A DNA stretch of 64,000 nucleotides from Deltaproteobacteria bacterium HGW-Deltaproteobacteria-2. Its GTDB lineage: Bacteria; Desulfobacterota; Syntrophia; Syntrophales; Smithellaceae. The notes under the pieces are model-generated. The model had not been told where the DNA came from. It made no database searches and saw only the letters and a program-made list of their open reading frames with translations. Positions 14,744-23,870 of this stretch are shown here, piece after piece (the stretch's first letter is position 1; each line of letters opens with the position of its first letter). Both the position numbers and the translations under genes were made by a program. The DNA is taken from positions 517,544-581,543 of the forward strand of contig PHBC01000002.1 in the NCBI GenBank assembly GCA_002840505.1, read 5' to 3'.

Positions 14744-17700
14744 ATGTTAATAAAGAAAATAATAACAATCTTATTTATTATTGTCCTTTGTCTTTATGTC
14801 AATATATCCCACGCAGATGACACAGATGAAATGGCTCTATTTACCAGTTCGCTGTCTCCGGACACTCTTTTAATTCTGGATTTGAGCGGAAGTATGGAAT
14901 GGAACCCTGAAGGAGGCACCAATATATGGGGGAATTCCTCCTGTAGCGGAACATTTTACTCTTCACCAACCACCGGATATACAACCAATTGCAGCCGTCT
15001 GGCCATAGCCAAGCGGGCTATCTTCGGCATTTTGGACGACAATGGCGACAACAGCCTCACCGCCGCTGATGAAACCAGCCTGGGCGTAAGAATAGGATAT
15101 ATGAGATTTTATAACGGCAATGACACTGCCGGAGATTATCTAACCGGATACAATAGGCTTTCCAAGGCAATAGGAGTCACCTACAGACGTATTTATTGCA
15201 ATAGTTCATCCAGTTGTTCTATCAACAGCGTATGCAGAACATGTTCCTGCGGATCAACCTGCGCAGAGTATTCTCCCTGCGTCAACAGCGAATGTGCCTA
15301 CGGCGGCACTCCTCTTGCCGCATCCCTCAACGAAGCAAAACTTTATCTCGACGTTCATAAAACCGCGGACGGCGCTTCCGGGGCCTGCCGTCAGAAGTTT
15401 GCCATTGTAATCACAGACGGGGCAGACACTTATGCCTGTAGCGGTAACGGTACAGAAACACAAGCCGACATGTATAAAAGACGTCGAGAATCCGTTGCCA
15501 AAGCCAAGGCGCTGGCCGATGCCGGGTACCGACTTTTTGTCATCGGGTTCGGCAAGTCTATGCCTGATTATCTGGAAAATACTTTACACTGGATGGCCTA
15601 TTTTGGCGGAACGGATAACCCCCTGATCGCAAACACGGGTAGCACATCAGCCTACGTTCCTTCCGCAGTCACCTCCTGCGGGGCTTCGGAAACAACCGGC
15701 ACCTGTGACGGCAGCAGTACAAACTGCTTTGCCAATTCCAATGATCCTGGAAATACTGCTCTTTCCGGATACGCCTTTATTGCCACCGACGGCGATCAGA
15801 TTGCCACCCAGCTTAAATTGGCTTTCAGTATTATTCGTGAAGCCAATTACTCTTTTTCGCAAGCCTCCGTACAGTTAAACAGAACCGTTGATGAAAATTA
15901 CATTTATGAGGGCACCATCCAACCCATTTCCAACGATCCCTTCTGGTATGGTCATTTGAGAAAATACACTATCAATACAGACGGCAGCAGGGGAAGCGAA
16001 TTATGGGACGCGGGAACGGTTTTAATGAACACAAGTGACTCCGTCCGTAATATGAAAACGTACAAAACGGTTTCCGGAGCCGGTACAATAATCGATTTTA
16101 CAACATCAAACCTGACCAACGCTGATCTTGCCGTTACAACGGACGATCTTCGCAGTAAGGTGGTCGGCTTCTTCCGTGGTGAAAGCGCCTATAATCTGGA
16201 AAGCTGGAAGCTGGGTGACATTTTCCGCTCCAAACCGATTACAGTGGGCACACCTTCTTCTTTCTTTGAAGACGTCAGGGACACAAATCACGCTTTTGCC
16301 ACGCACAGGACAAATCATAAACGTGCCACCAATGATCCTGTTCTGGGTTATACGGGAAGAGTAGTTCTCGTCGGAGCCAATGACGGACAATTACATTCCT
16401 TCAAAACCAGCGATGGAACCGAGGCCTGGAGTTTCATTCCTCCCAATCTTTTATCACGTTTGAAGATGATCGCGCACAACACTCACCCGACAACCTTGAC
16501 ACATCAAAGCTACGTTGACGGGCCGGTAAGTGTCGCTGACGCGTGGGTTCCTGAAACAGCGAACAGTGGAACAGCAAAAAGCGCTTCCGACTGGCAAACA
16601 ATCCTGTTATTCGGAGAAGGACAAGGAGCCGGAACAAACCTCTGGAGTACCTCCACGAATTGCGATGCGGGATTCAATCAGACATATTCGACTACTTATC
16701 CATACTATTGCGGTTATCATTGTCTCAATGTAACAAATCCATTGGTCCCTACCTACTGCGGACCAACAGGCTCAACCACCACCAAGTGGTTACGTTTAGG
16801 ATTATCATCTTCCCAGACATATATAGGAGCTCCTTGGAGTTCGCCGATGATCGGCCGGGTTATGGTTAACGGCAATGAAAAATGGGTAGCCTTTATCGGC
16901 GGAGGATTTTCCTCACCCGGCGCGGCAAACAGCGGCAAAGGAATTTTTGTTTTTGATCTCGTCAATGGAAATCTACTGTGGAGTTATACCAAAGCAGACA
17001 ATTCTGATCTGGATAATCCCATGCCGGCAACCCCCTCTATTGTTGACATAGATAACGACGGATTTATTGATACGGCCTATTTAGGCGATACCGGCGGCAA
17101 TATGTGGCGTTTCAAATTTTGCAGGGCAACGAGCGGCACTTCCTGCGGTACTTCCAACTGGACAGGTGGACGTTTTTTCCAGGCGAACAGTTCTTCGGGG
17201 ATTCGTCCGATTTTCACCACCGCTTCGGTGGCCAAGGACGGCGTGGGTAATATTTGGGTCTATTGGGGAACGGGGGACAAACTTGATCCCACCAGCCCAA
17301 ACGCCCAGGAAAAATTTTACGCTTTAAAGGATACGGACTTTACCAGCACCCGCACCATCAGCGATATGCAGAATATTACCGATGAGGGAGGAACATATTC
17401 AGGTAGCGCTTATGGTTATTACATTAATCTTACCGGACAGGGAGAGAAGATACTTGCCGAACCGACGGTATTTGGTGGCGTTGTCTACTTTACCTCCTAC
17501 GTGCCGGCTTCGAGTAATGATCCCTGCGCTCAGGGTGGAACAGCAAAATTGTGGGGAATCAATTACACGACCGGCGCGGGAGCGCTTAATATTATAGGAT
17601 CTACGCCTTCAACTACGTTGCCCCGTTCAATGACCATAGGAACAGGTATCGCTTCCGCTCCTGTTGTTTCGATGAGACCTGGAACTGACGCTACACCTGA

Positions 17701-17824
17701 TCTCTATGTAACTACCAGCGGCGGTGGCGGCATAGACGGTCAGACTCAACGTGCCAATATAACTCCCCAAAGCCTGGTGAATAGGACAAACGTTCTTTTC
17801 TGGAGAGACACACGTATAGAATAG
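14744..17824 (+). CDS. pilY1: PilY1-like type IV pilus tip adhesin with N-terminal von Willebrand A domain
   Basis: 1026 aa with a signal peptide. It has a vWA MIDAS motif LLILDLSGSM (DxSxS). The C-terminal beta-propeller-like region carries the PilY1-type Ca-binding loop DIDNDGFIDTAYLGDTGGNMWRF. It is the last gene of the minor-pilin operon. Confidence 0.85.
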   Translation: MLIKKIITILFIIVLCLYVNISHADDTDEMALFTSSLSPDTLLILDLSGSMEWNPEGGTNIWGNSSCSGTFYSSPTTGYTTNCSRLAIAKRAIFGILDDNGDNSLTAADETSLGVRIGYMRFYNGNDTAGDYLTGYNRLSKAIGVTYRRIYCNSSSSCSINSVCRTCSCGSTCAEYSPCVNSECAYGGTPLAASLNEAKLYLDVHKTADGASGACRQKFAIVITDGADTYACSGNGTETQADMYKRRRESVAKAKALADAGYRLFVIGFGKSMPDYLENTLHWMAYFGGTDNPLIANTGSTSAYVPSAVTSCGASETTGTCDGSSTNCFANSNDPGNTALSGYAFIATDGDQIATQLKLAFSIIREANYSFSQASVQLNRTVDENYIYEGTIQPISNDPFWYGHLRKYTINTDGSRGSELWDAGTVLMNTSDSVRNMKTYKTVSGAGTIIDFTTSNLTNADLAVTTDDLRSKVVGFFRGESAYNLESWKLGDIFRSKPITVGTPSSFFEDVRDTNHAFATHRTNHKRATNDPVLGYTGRVVLVGANDGQLHSFKTSDGTEAWSFIPPNLLSRLKMIAHNTHPTTLTHQSYVDGPVSVADAWVPETANSGTAKSASDWQTILLFGEGQGAGTNLWSTSTNCDAGFNQTYSTTYPYYCGYHCLNVTNPLVPTYCGPTGSTTTKWLRLGLSSSQTYIGAPWSSPMIGRVMVNGNEKWVAFIGGGFSSPGAANSGKGIFVFDLVNGNLLWSYTKADNSDLDNPMPATPSIVDIDNDGFIDTAYLGDTGGNMWRFKFCRATSGTSCGTSNWTGGRFFQANSSSGIRPIFTTASVAKDGVGNIWVYWGTGDKLDPTSPNAQEKFYALKDTDFTSTRTISDMQNITDEGGTYSGSAYGYYINLTGQGEKILAEPTVFGGVVYFTSYVPASSNDPCAQGGTAKLWGINYTTGAGALNIIGSTPSTTLPRSMTIGTGIASAPVVSMRPGTDATPDLYVTTSGGGGIDGQTQRANITPQSLVNRTNVLFWRDTRIE

Positions 17825-17835
17825 CTGGTAGATCT

Positions 17836-17874
17836 TGGCGTGATGGGTGGCAAATGTCCCCATCACGCCAAGCG
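17836..17874 (+). terminator. Long perfect hairpin downstream of pilY1 (terminator-like or REP-like)
   Basis: CTTGGCGTGATGGG - 11-nt loop - CCCATCACGCCAAG forms a 14-bp perfect stem 12 nt after the stop. No clear U-tract follows. Confidence 0.45.
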
Positions 17875-18197
17875 ACTACTATCGATGGATTAAATCATCT
17901 GTCAGATAAAAAATCACTGAAACATTTTTAGTTGTTACAATATAGTCTCTTGGATTTTCCTTGTCGGATAATACAAGAGGCCTTTTTGTCTTTAACATCG
18001 CCTGCTAAATTTCCATGTCTAAATTACTACCATAATAACTGGTGTAGGCAAGCATATCAAGAAACTTTGCCCCGAGTATTCGGATAATTAAATTTTGACA
18101 TATTATTCAATATAATTTATGGAACTAGCAGCTAATTTTTCATAATTTAGATTTTGTAAGATTAAAAAATACTCTCTAAAATAAAGGAGCGATTTTT

Positions 18198-19337
18198 ATG
18201 AAAACAAAAATTACTGATTTATTCGGAATTGAATATCCTATCATTCTGCCCGGTATGAGTTGGATCAGTGTACCGGAATTAGTCGCCGCGGTTTGCAACG
18301 CCGGAGGCATAGGTTATCTCGCCACCGGCCCTTTAAGTCCGGCCAAAACCAGAGAATCCATCAAACGAATTAAAAAGCTTACGAACAAACCTTTCGGAGT
18401 GGGTATCACCCTTTTGATGCCGGGAGCTCATGAAAACGCCATGGTCGCGATCGAAGAAAAAGTTCCCGTTCTCAACATATCCCTCGGCAAGGGTGAAGAT
18501 TTGATAAAAAAAATTCACGCTTACAACGGCAAAGTAATAGCCACGGTGACAACCGTTCAACACGCGCTTGCCGCTCAAAAATCAGGAGCGGATGCTTTGC
18601 AGGTAACCGGCTATGAAGCTGCGGCTCACGGCAGTCAGATTCCGACAATGGTTCTAGTCCCTGCTGTAGTAGATGCGGTTAAAATACCTGTGGTCGCGAT
18701 AGGCGGAATCGCTGACGGCCGGGGAATGGCTGCGGCTTTTGCCTTGGGTGCTGAAGGTGTTGGAATGGGCACGAGACTTTCCATCACGAAGGAAAGTCCT
18801 GTTCATGATTTCTGTAAGAAAAAGCAATTGGAAAGCACAATAGAAGACACAATATATTCCAATAGATTCGATGCTCTATTTTGCAGAGTTTTAAAAACCC
18901 CTTCCGCTGAAAAAGCGTTCAAACAAGGCCGCAATCTTCGCAAAGGTCTTAAGGCATCGTTCGCAATTGCTAAGGCAGTGGACATTCCATGGATGAAACT
19001 GGCAACGGCAGCTTCATCCGGCCCTAAAGGTGAAAAATCAGAGAGGCCTAAAGAATCCGGCGCAAATTCCGGTTCCGCATCAAAGCCAAAAGAAAAGAAA
19101 TCTTTAATGGACAAAATGCTTAAAGTCCCCAGAACGGGAATGAATCTCATGCATATGGCTCAAGCTTACGTCGATATCCAGCATGCGACGGAGACTGGCG
19201 ATCTGGATAAAGGATTTTATCTTTCAGGACAGGTCCAGGGCATAATCCATGATATACCGACAGTAGCAGAGGTGATTAATAGAACCGTGAAAGAATTTCT
19301 CAAAATTCAAGAAGAAGTTGCGGCAAAAACAAAATAG
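18198..19337 (+). CDS. NMO/FabK-family FMN oxidoreductase (nitronate monooxygenase / enoyl-ACP reductase II-like)
   Basis: LFGIEYPIILPGMSWISVPELVAAVCNAGGIGYLA and VVAIGGIADGRGMAAAFALGAEGVGMGTR match the 2-nitropropane-dioxygenase-like TIM-barrel family. An RBS AAAGGAG lies upstream. Confidence 0.8.
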   Translation: MKTKITDLFGIEYPIILPGMSWISVPELVAAVCNAGGIGYLATGPLSPAKTRESIKRIKKLTNKPFGVGITLLMPGAHENAMVAIEEKVPVLNISLGKGEDLIKKIHAYNGKVIATVTTVQHALAAQKSGADALQVTGYEAAAHGSQIPTMVLVPAVVDAVKIPVVAIGGIADGRGMAAAFALGAEGVGMGTRLSITKESPVHDFCKKKQLESTIEDTIYSNRFDALFCRVLKTPSAEKAFKQGRNLRKGLKASFAIAKAVDIPWMKLATAASSGPKGEKSERPKESGANSGSASKPKEKKSLMDKMLKVPRTGMNLMHMAQAYVDIQHATETGDLDKGFYLSGQVQGIIHDIPTVAEVINRTVKEFLKIQEEVAAKTK

Positions 19338-19340
19338 CAA

Positions 19341-20165
19341 TTATTTGACTGATTTTCTGCGCAACGCCCATTTGATGATTATATCAGATGAAAGTCGAAA
19401 CAGCGAAGGAGTCAGACGTTGGGTGAGCCAGAGCCATTTTGCCATGAAGCCGGGCACCATTATAAACTTCTTACGCGCAACGGCCAGCAGCATATGCGCG
19501 ACTACAGATTCTAGTTTTACCTGACCGGCCATATTTTTAAGTATGCGGCTTTCATAGGGCATGGTTTTCATTTCATCAAGCAGCATCGGCGTATCTATCT
19601 CAGGAGGACATACCAATGTTAGATAAATCCCCTTCTGCTTCAATTCTCCTCTCAAACACTCTGCTAAACCAACCAGCGCAAATTTTGAAGTGCCGTAAGC
19701 GGTATATCCACACATACCAACTAATCCGGCCATTGAGGAAATGATGACAATATGCGCTCCCTTTTTCATTGCGGGAAGAACTTCAGCAATCATATTACGA
19801 GTACCGTACAGGTTTATTTTCATGACAGCATCAAATGTGTCGTAAGAAATATTCCCCAAATAATCACAGCTGATAATTCCAGCACTATTAATTAGAATAT
19901 CAGGCGTTCCGAATTCTTTCACCGCCTGTGGGATTACATGGGACAGCTCGTCACTATTGGAAACGTCCACACTCAGACATCGGATAAACTGTGCGGAGGA
20001 TACTCTGAATTGCTCTATATTTCGGCGTGCATCTTCGAGCTTCGCGCTATTGCGTGCAATAATTGTAAGATTGGCATCATAGCTGAAAATTTTTCGCGCG
20101 AGTTCCAGGCCGATCCCGCTTGATCCTCCTGTAATGTAAACATGCTTGTTTTTATAATAGTTCAT
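19341..20165 (-). CDS. Short-chain dehydrogenase/reductase (3-ketodihydrosphingosine-reductase-like SDR)
   Basis: It has the TGxxxGxG motif (ITGGSSGIGLELA) and the catalytic YxxxK (YGTSK). The C-terminal segment is hydrophobic. Confidence 0.8.
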   Translation of the reverse strand: MNYYKNKHVYITGGSSGIGLELARKIFSYDANLTIIARNSAKLEDARRNIEQFRVSSAQFIRCLSVDVSNSDELSHVIPQAVKEFGTPDILINSAGIISCDYLGNISYDTFDAVMKINLYGTRNMIAEVLPAMKKGAHIVIISSMAGLVGMCGYTAYGTSKFALVGLAECLRGELKQKGIYLTLVCPPEIDTPMLLDEMKTMPYESRILKNMAGQVKLESVVAHMLLAVARKKFIMVPGFMAKWLWLTQRLTPSLFRLSSDIIIKWALRRKSVK

Positions 20166-20269
20166 GTTTATTCTCCTTTGGAATTATCATTTTCAGCGTA
20201 GCATTAAATGGAAATAATATGCGACGATATATCAATAAGAGTCTCTTTTAAATCAAGATAAGAAAAGTT

Positions 20270-23263
20270 TCATATTCCGTATTCCGCACGTTCGATAAGT
20301 TCAAGCTGCATATCACGATTTAGTGTTACAAAATAGGCGTTGTAACCCGATATCCGTACAAGAAGATTACGATAATTTTCCGGGTGCGCCATCGCATCTT
20401 TGAGCATATCTGATGTAACCACGTTTAGTTGTATCTGCATGCCGCCCAGTTCGAAATAAGTCTTAACGTAAGAGAACATATCATCCACTGTCTTTTCGCG
20501 TGAGTCGCCCGCTGAGGGTACCACCTTGACATTGAAGGCAATATTATTGTTCAGGTTTAGAGGATCAAGTTTAGCCACATCACGTATATTGTCGAGCAGG
20601 CTCTTTGATGCAAACGGCTGCGGTGTAAGGCCAGGTGTAAAGGGCTTGCCGGCAAGCCTTCCAGAAGGTAGAGCGCCCGTGAGCGTTCCAAAAGCCACGT
20701 GGGTGGACATTGACCAGAATCCGGTGGTGTATCTTCCGCCGCGGTAGTGCGGCAAACCACCATAATAATCATGCGCCCATTTTGCGATGCGATTGGCCAT
20801 AGCTACGGCTTCTTCACTTCCGGAACCAAACAGGGGTACTTTTTTTTGCACCAGCGCCAGCAGAGCCGGGTCGTTTTCAAAGTTGGTGTCTACGGCTCTT
20901 TTCAAGTCCATAAAAGGAATTTTCTCATCATCATAGACGAGTTTTTTGATTACCATAAGCGAGTCAGTAACATCCGCAAGACCGATTATAGCAGTGCCGG
21001 AACTGTTGTATTTCGCGCCGCCTTTGGTGACATCTAATCCTTTTCGAATAGAATCATCAATAAGTGACGAAAGAAGCGGTGTTGGTCGCAGATACTGGTG
21101 AGCCTCAGCCAGCATGTGGTTATATTCAATGGATTGGTCGATAATGAATTTGAATTGCTCCGTGAACGCGTCGAAAAAATCATCGAATGTTTTAAAATCA
21201 CCGCGTGCTACAACGCCGGTATCGGGACCCAATTTCCAGTCGGTAAGCGGGTGCCTGCCGTTATTCATGGCCATTTCCAGAGCGGCAACCATATTCATCA
21301 TCTGCATGTTGGTGTGGCCAATGTGTTTGCCGGATAAAGTAGGTTCAACACATCCCGTGGCCGACCAGTTACGGATATCCTGAATATCGTAGTTCATATT
21401 AGAAAGAGAAGAAATAATTGCGGCGTCGTTGTGCATGGAAGGCGTGGCCGCGGTAATAAGGTTAACCTCGCAAAGCCGTTTCAGGTAAGTATCACTATTT
21501 ACACCAGGCATAAAACGTGCGTTTACATTGGGGTCACGGATGGAGAGTATTTCGGTAACCTTAAGAAAAATATACGTCATATCATTTACGGCATCTTTGC
21601 CCTCGGGAGTGATACCACCTAAAGTTATGGCCTGATCTGAAGAACTGCCGCCGAAATAGAAATTGGCCAGGTCTGGTGTAAGCGGGAAATGGTCGGTACA
21701 ACGCATATAGAAGTGGCCAATAAGTTCCAACGCGTGATGTATATACGCTTCACGCGCGCTTTTCGATTTTATTTTTTCCATGTCCGCAACAAAATATGGT
21801 TGAAGCCACTGATCTAGTCTTCCCAGCGAAAGCCCCGCGTTCATGCTTTCCATATGGAGCCCCACCCATGTAATCCACATAGAATTAACTGCCTCTTCAA
21901 GAGTGCGGGCTGGGTTTTCCACTACGTGCTCGCATATTGATGCAAGGGTTTCGAGTTCTGCCCTGCGTCCCGGATCCTTTTCCGCCGCGGCATCTTTTAG
22001 AGCCTGACGCGAAAGGTTTTTGGAATAGGCCGTAAGTCCTTCCAGGCAAAGTACCATTGATTCAAGTGTCGCCTTTCTCTCCGGGTTTGTCTCTCTTTCT
22101 AATTCTGTTTTAATTTCCGCAATTATTCCCGAAGTGCCCAGGCGTAATATCTTGGGGAAATCAGGAATAGTGTGGGATATCGTTGCTACCTTCCAATTAA
22201 AATAAAGCGCAAATCGTTCATCAATTTGCTGGCACAAAGGGTTGTTATATTTTCCCCGCACCCACTCGCGAAAATTTCGTTTTATCCAGTAGGGGAATAT
22301 ATCATTATGAAGGAGCTCGCGAGTCTCTTCGGAAATGTCGAAGGGATTGTACGTACGGTACGGCATGGTGATGAGCTCATTCCATATGATAACTGCGCTC
22401 CCCTCAGGGTATAAGGGACATCCTATCTTTTTACTCGTGGTGGTCCCGGCAATAAGTGAATCATCGCCAATTATTGGCTTACGGTTTTCCATTAGATATT
22501 TGTATGCCAAAGCTTTGCGCATGACCGGAATATAAGGATGACCGTTATTGTCAATTTCAAAACCGTTTTTTCTGTGCCACTCTGTTACAAGTCGGGGAAT
22601 TTCCGGACACACCTCCGGTTTTACGGTGAGGTGAATGTCGAGAATTTTTTTGAGACGCGGAAAACTATCGAGGCTGTAGTCCGGAAGATAGGGATCCTCG
22701 AGATATTGTACGCCCGCATCTATTTTCACACATTTGAGTCGTAACTTTCTTCGCGAGGAAAGTTCATCGCTCAAATCTTTGCGGGCATCAGGAGCCTTTT
22801 TCAGCAAGCTTTTTTGGGCATTATTCCTCTCTTTTTCCATGAGCTTTATTTGTTTTTTGTTGATCAACAGGGAAAGAAGAAAAGCGAAGAGGTTAAGATA
22901 GGTAATGCTTCCATCAACCCGTGCCTCATTCTTGAGGATCATGTAAATCTGATCAGTGGATGTACCACCAAGTAGTTTCCTCACTGCGGTGTCGGTGCGA
23001 AATCTTATCACTGCATCGGCTCTGTTGGGCATGCCGCGTACAATGGACACTGCGCCTTCCCGAAAAACGATACCCGAGAATACCGAACCGCTTTCGGTAC
23101 GGATACCGATAGCGAAATTCAGCGGACCATCCGATGTTATAAGATATCTTTTCAGTGCGGACCGATAATTGAAGTTCGCGGCCATTACCTTCAGAAGCCC
23201 ATGCAGTATCAATCCTGTAGGAGACATTTTTGCTTTATCAGCAATTTCAGTATGAATTAGCAT
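20270..23263 (-). CDS. Glycyl radical enzyme (PFL2/glycerol-dehydratase-like class) with N-terminal SCP2-like extension
   Basis: 997 aa. The C-terminal glycyl radical motif is LVRISGYNAYF (RVxG[FWY]-type). The thiyl loop WSATGCVEPTLSG has Cys-x-Glu as in the dehydratase/lyase class. The first ~135 aa (…AVIRFRTDTAVRKLLGGTSTDQIYMILKNEARVDGSITYLNLFAFLL) resemble an SCP2 sterol-carrier fold. Confidence 0.85.
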   Translation of the reverse strand: MLIHTEIADKAKMSPTGLILHGLLKVMAANFNYRSALKRYLITSDGPLNFAIGIRTESGSVFSGIVFREGAVSIVRGMPNRADAVIRFRTDTAVRKLLGGTSTDQIYMILKNEARVDGSITYLNLFAFLLSLLINKKQIKLMEKERNNAQKSLLKKAPDARKDLSDELSSRRKLRLKCVKIDAGVQYLEDPYLPDYSLDSFPRLKKILDIHLTVKPEVCPEIPRLVTEWHRKNGFEIDNNGHPYIPVMRKALAYKYLMENRKPIIGDDSLIAGTTTSKKIGCPLYPEGSAVIIWNELITMPYRTYNPFDISEETRELLHNDIFPYWIKRNFREWVRGKYNNPLCQQIDERFALYFNWKVATISHTIPDFPKILRLGTSGIIAEIKTELERETNPERKATLESMVLCLEGLTAYSKNLSRQALKDAAAEKDPGRRAELETLASICEHVVENPARTLEEAVNSMWITWVGLHMESMNAGLSLGRLDQWLQPYFVADMEKIKSKSAREAYIHHALELIGHFYMRCTDHFPLTPDLANFYFGGSSSDQAITLGGITPEGKDAVNDMTYIFLKVTEILSIRDPNVNARFMPGVNSDTYLKRLCEVNLITAATPSMHNDAAIISSLSNMNYDIQDIRNWSATGCVEPTLSGKHIGHTNMQMMNMVAALEMAMNNGRHPLTDWKLGPDTGVVARGDFKTFDDFFDAFTEQFKFIIDQSIEYNHMLAEAHQYLRPTPLLSSLIDDSIRKGLDVTKGGAKYNSSGTAIIGLADVTDSLMVIKKLVYDDEKIPFMDLKRAVDTNFENDPALLALVQKKVPLFGSGSEEAVAMANRIAKWAHDYYGGLPHYRGGRYTTGFWSMSTHVAFGTLTGALPSGRLAGKPFTPGLTPQPFASKSLLDNIRDVAKLDPLNLNNNIAFNVKVVPSAGDSREKTVDDMFSYVKTYFELGGMQIQLNVVTSDMLKDAMAHPENYRNLLVRISGYNAYFVTLNRDMQLELIERAEYGI

Positions 23264-23392
23264 GACAGGACATCCCTTTACTGCAATATTTCTAAGAAAA
23301 CGACACCTTTGTGTTAATCCAAAGTTAGTAGTGAGGGTTTCCGTTCGAACTAGCCAAAGAATATATACTAATCGGTGTTAACGGAGATACGA

Positions 23393-23830
23393 CTATTTCA
23401 ATTGGACAGTCACTACCTTGTTCAGAACAGCCTGAGCCTTGATAAGCTTTCTATACTTTGTATCGATCTTATTGAGATTCTTGGACAGAAGAGCCTTGAG
23501 CAAGTCCCCCTCTACCTCGGCAACACCCAGCCGTTCGTAATAATCAAGCATTTCCTTCATATGCGCCAGAACAATCATACCTGTAAGGATGGGATGATTG
23601 TTCGTCACGTTCGCGTCATCGAACATTGTACCGTGCTCAAGTTCCACTTCCAATCCCATACGAAATTCTTCGAGAGGAATGGGCATCTTTTTAACATTGA
23701 CAATTTTGAGGATGACACCGGCTTCTTTTGCTGTTACTTTCGGCTCTTTAATTTTAGTCCAATCCCTCAAACCCAATTCTTTACAAACCCTTTTCACCTC
23801 GCTGACGGTTACATACTGCGGAATCTTCAT
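23393..23830 (-). CDS. Hypothetical protein (conserved-looking ELEHG … HMKEMLDYYERL motifs)
   Basis: A 145-aa ORF with plausible coding character, co-directional between an SDR and the glycyl radical enzyme. I cannot assign a family with confidence. Confidence 0.5.
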   Translation of the reverse strand: MKIPQYVTVSEVKRVCKELGLRDWTKIKEPKVTAKEAGVILKIVNVKKMPIPLEEFRMGLEVELEHGTMFDDANVTNNHPILTGMIVLAHMKEMLDYYERLGVAEVEGDLLKALLSKNLNKIDTKYRKLIKAQAVLNKVVTVQLK

Positions 23831-23870
23831 AACTATAGCTCCTATAATTCATTTACAATTAATTTAGATT

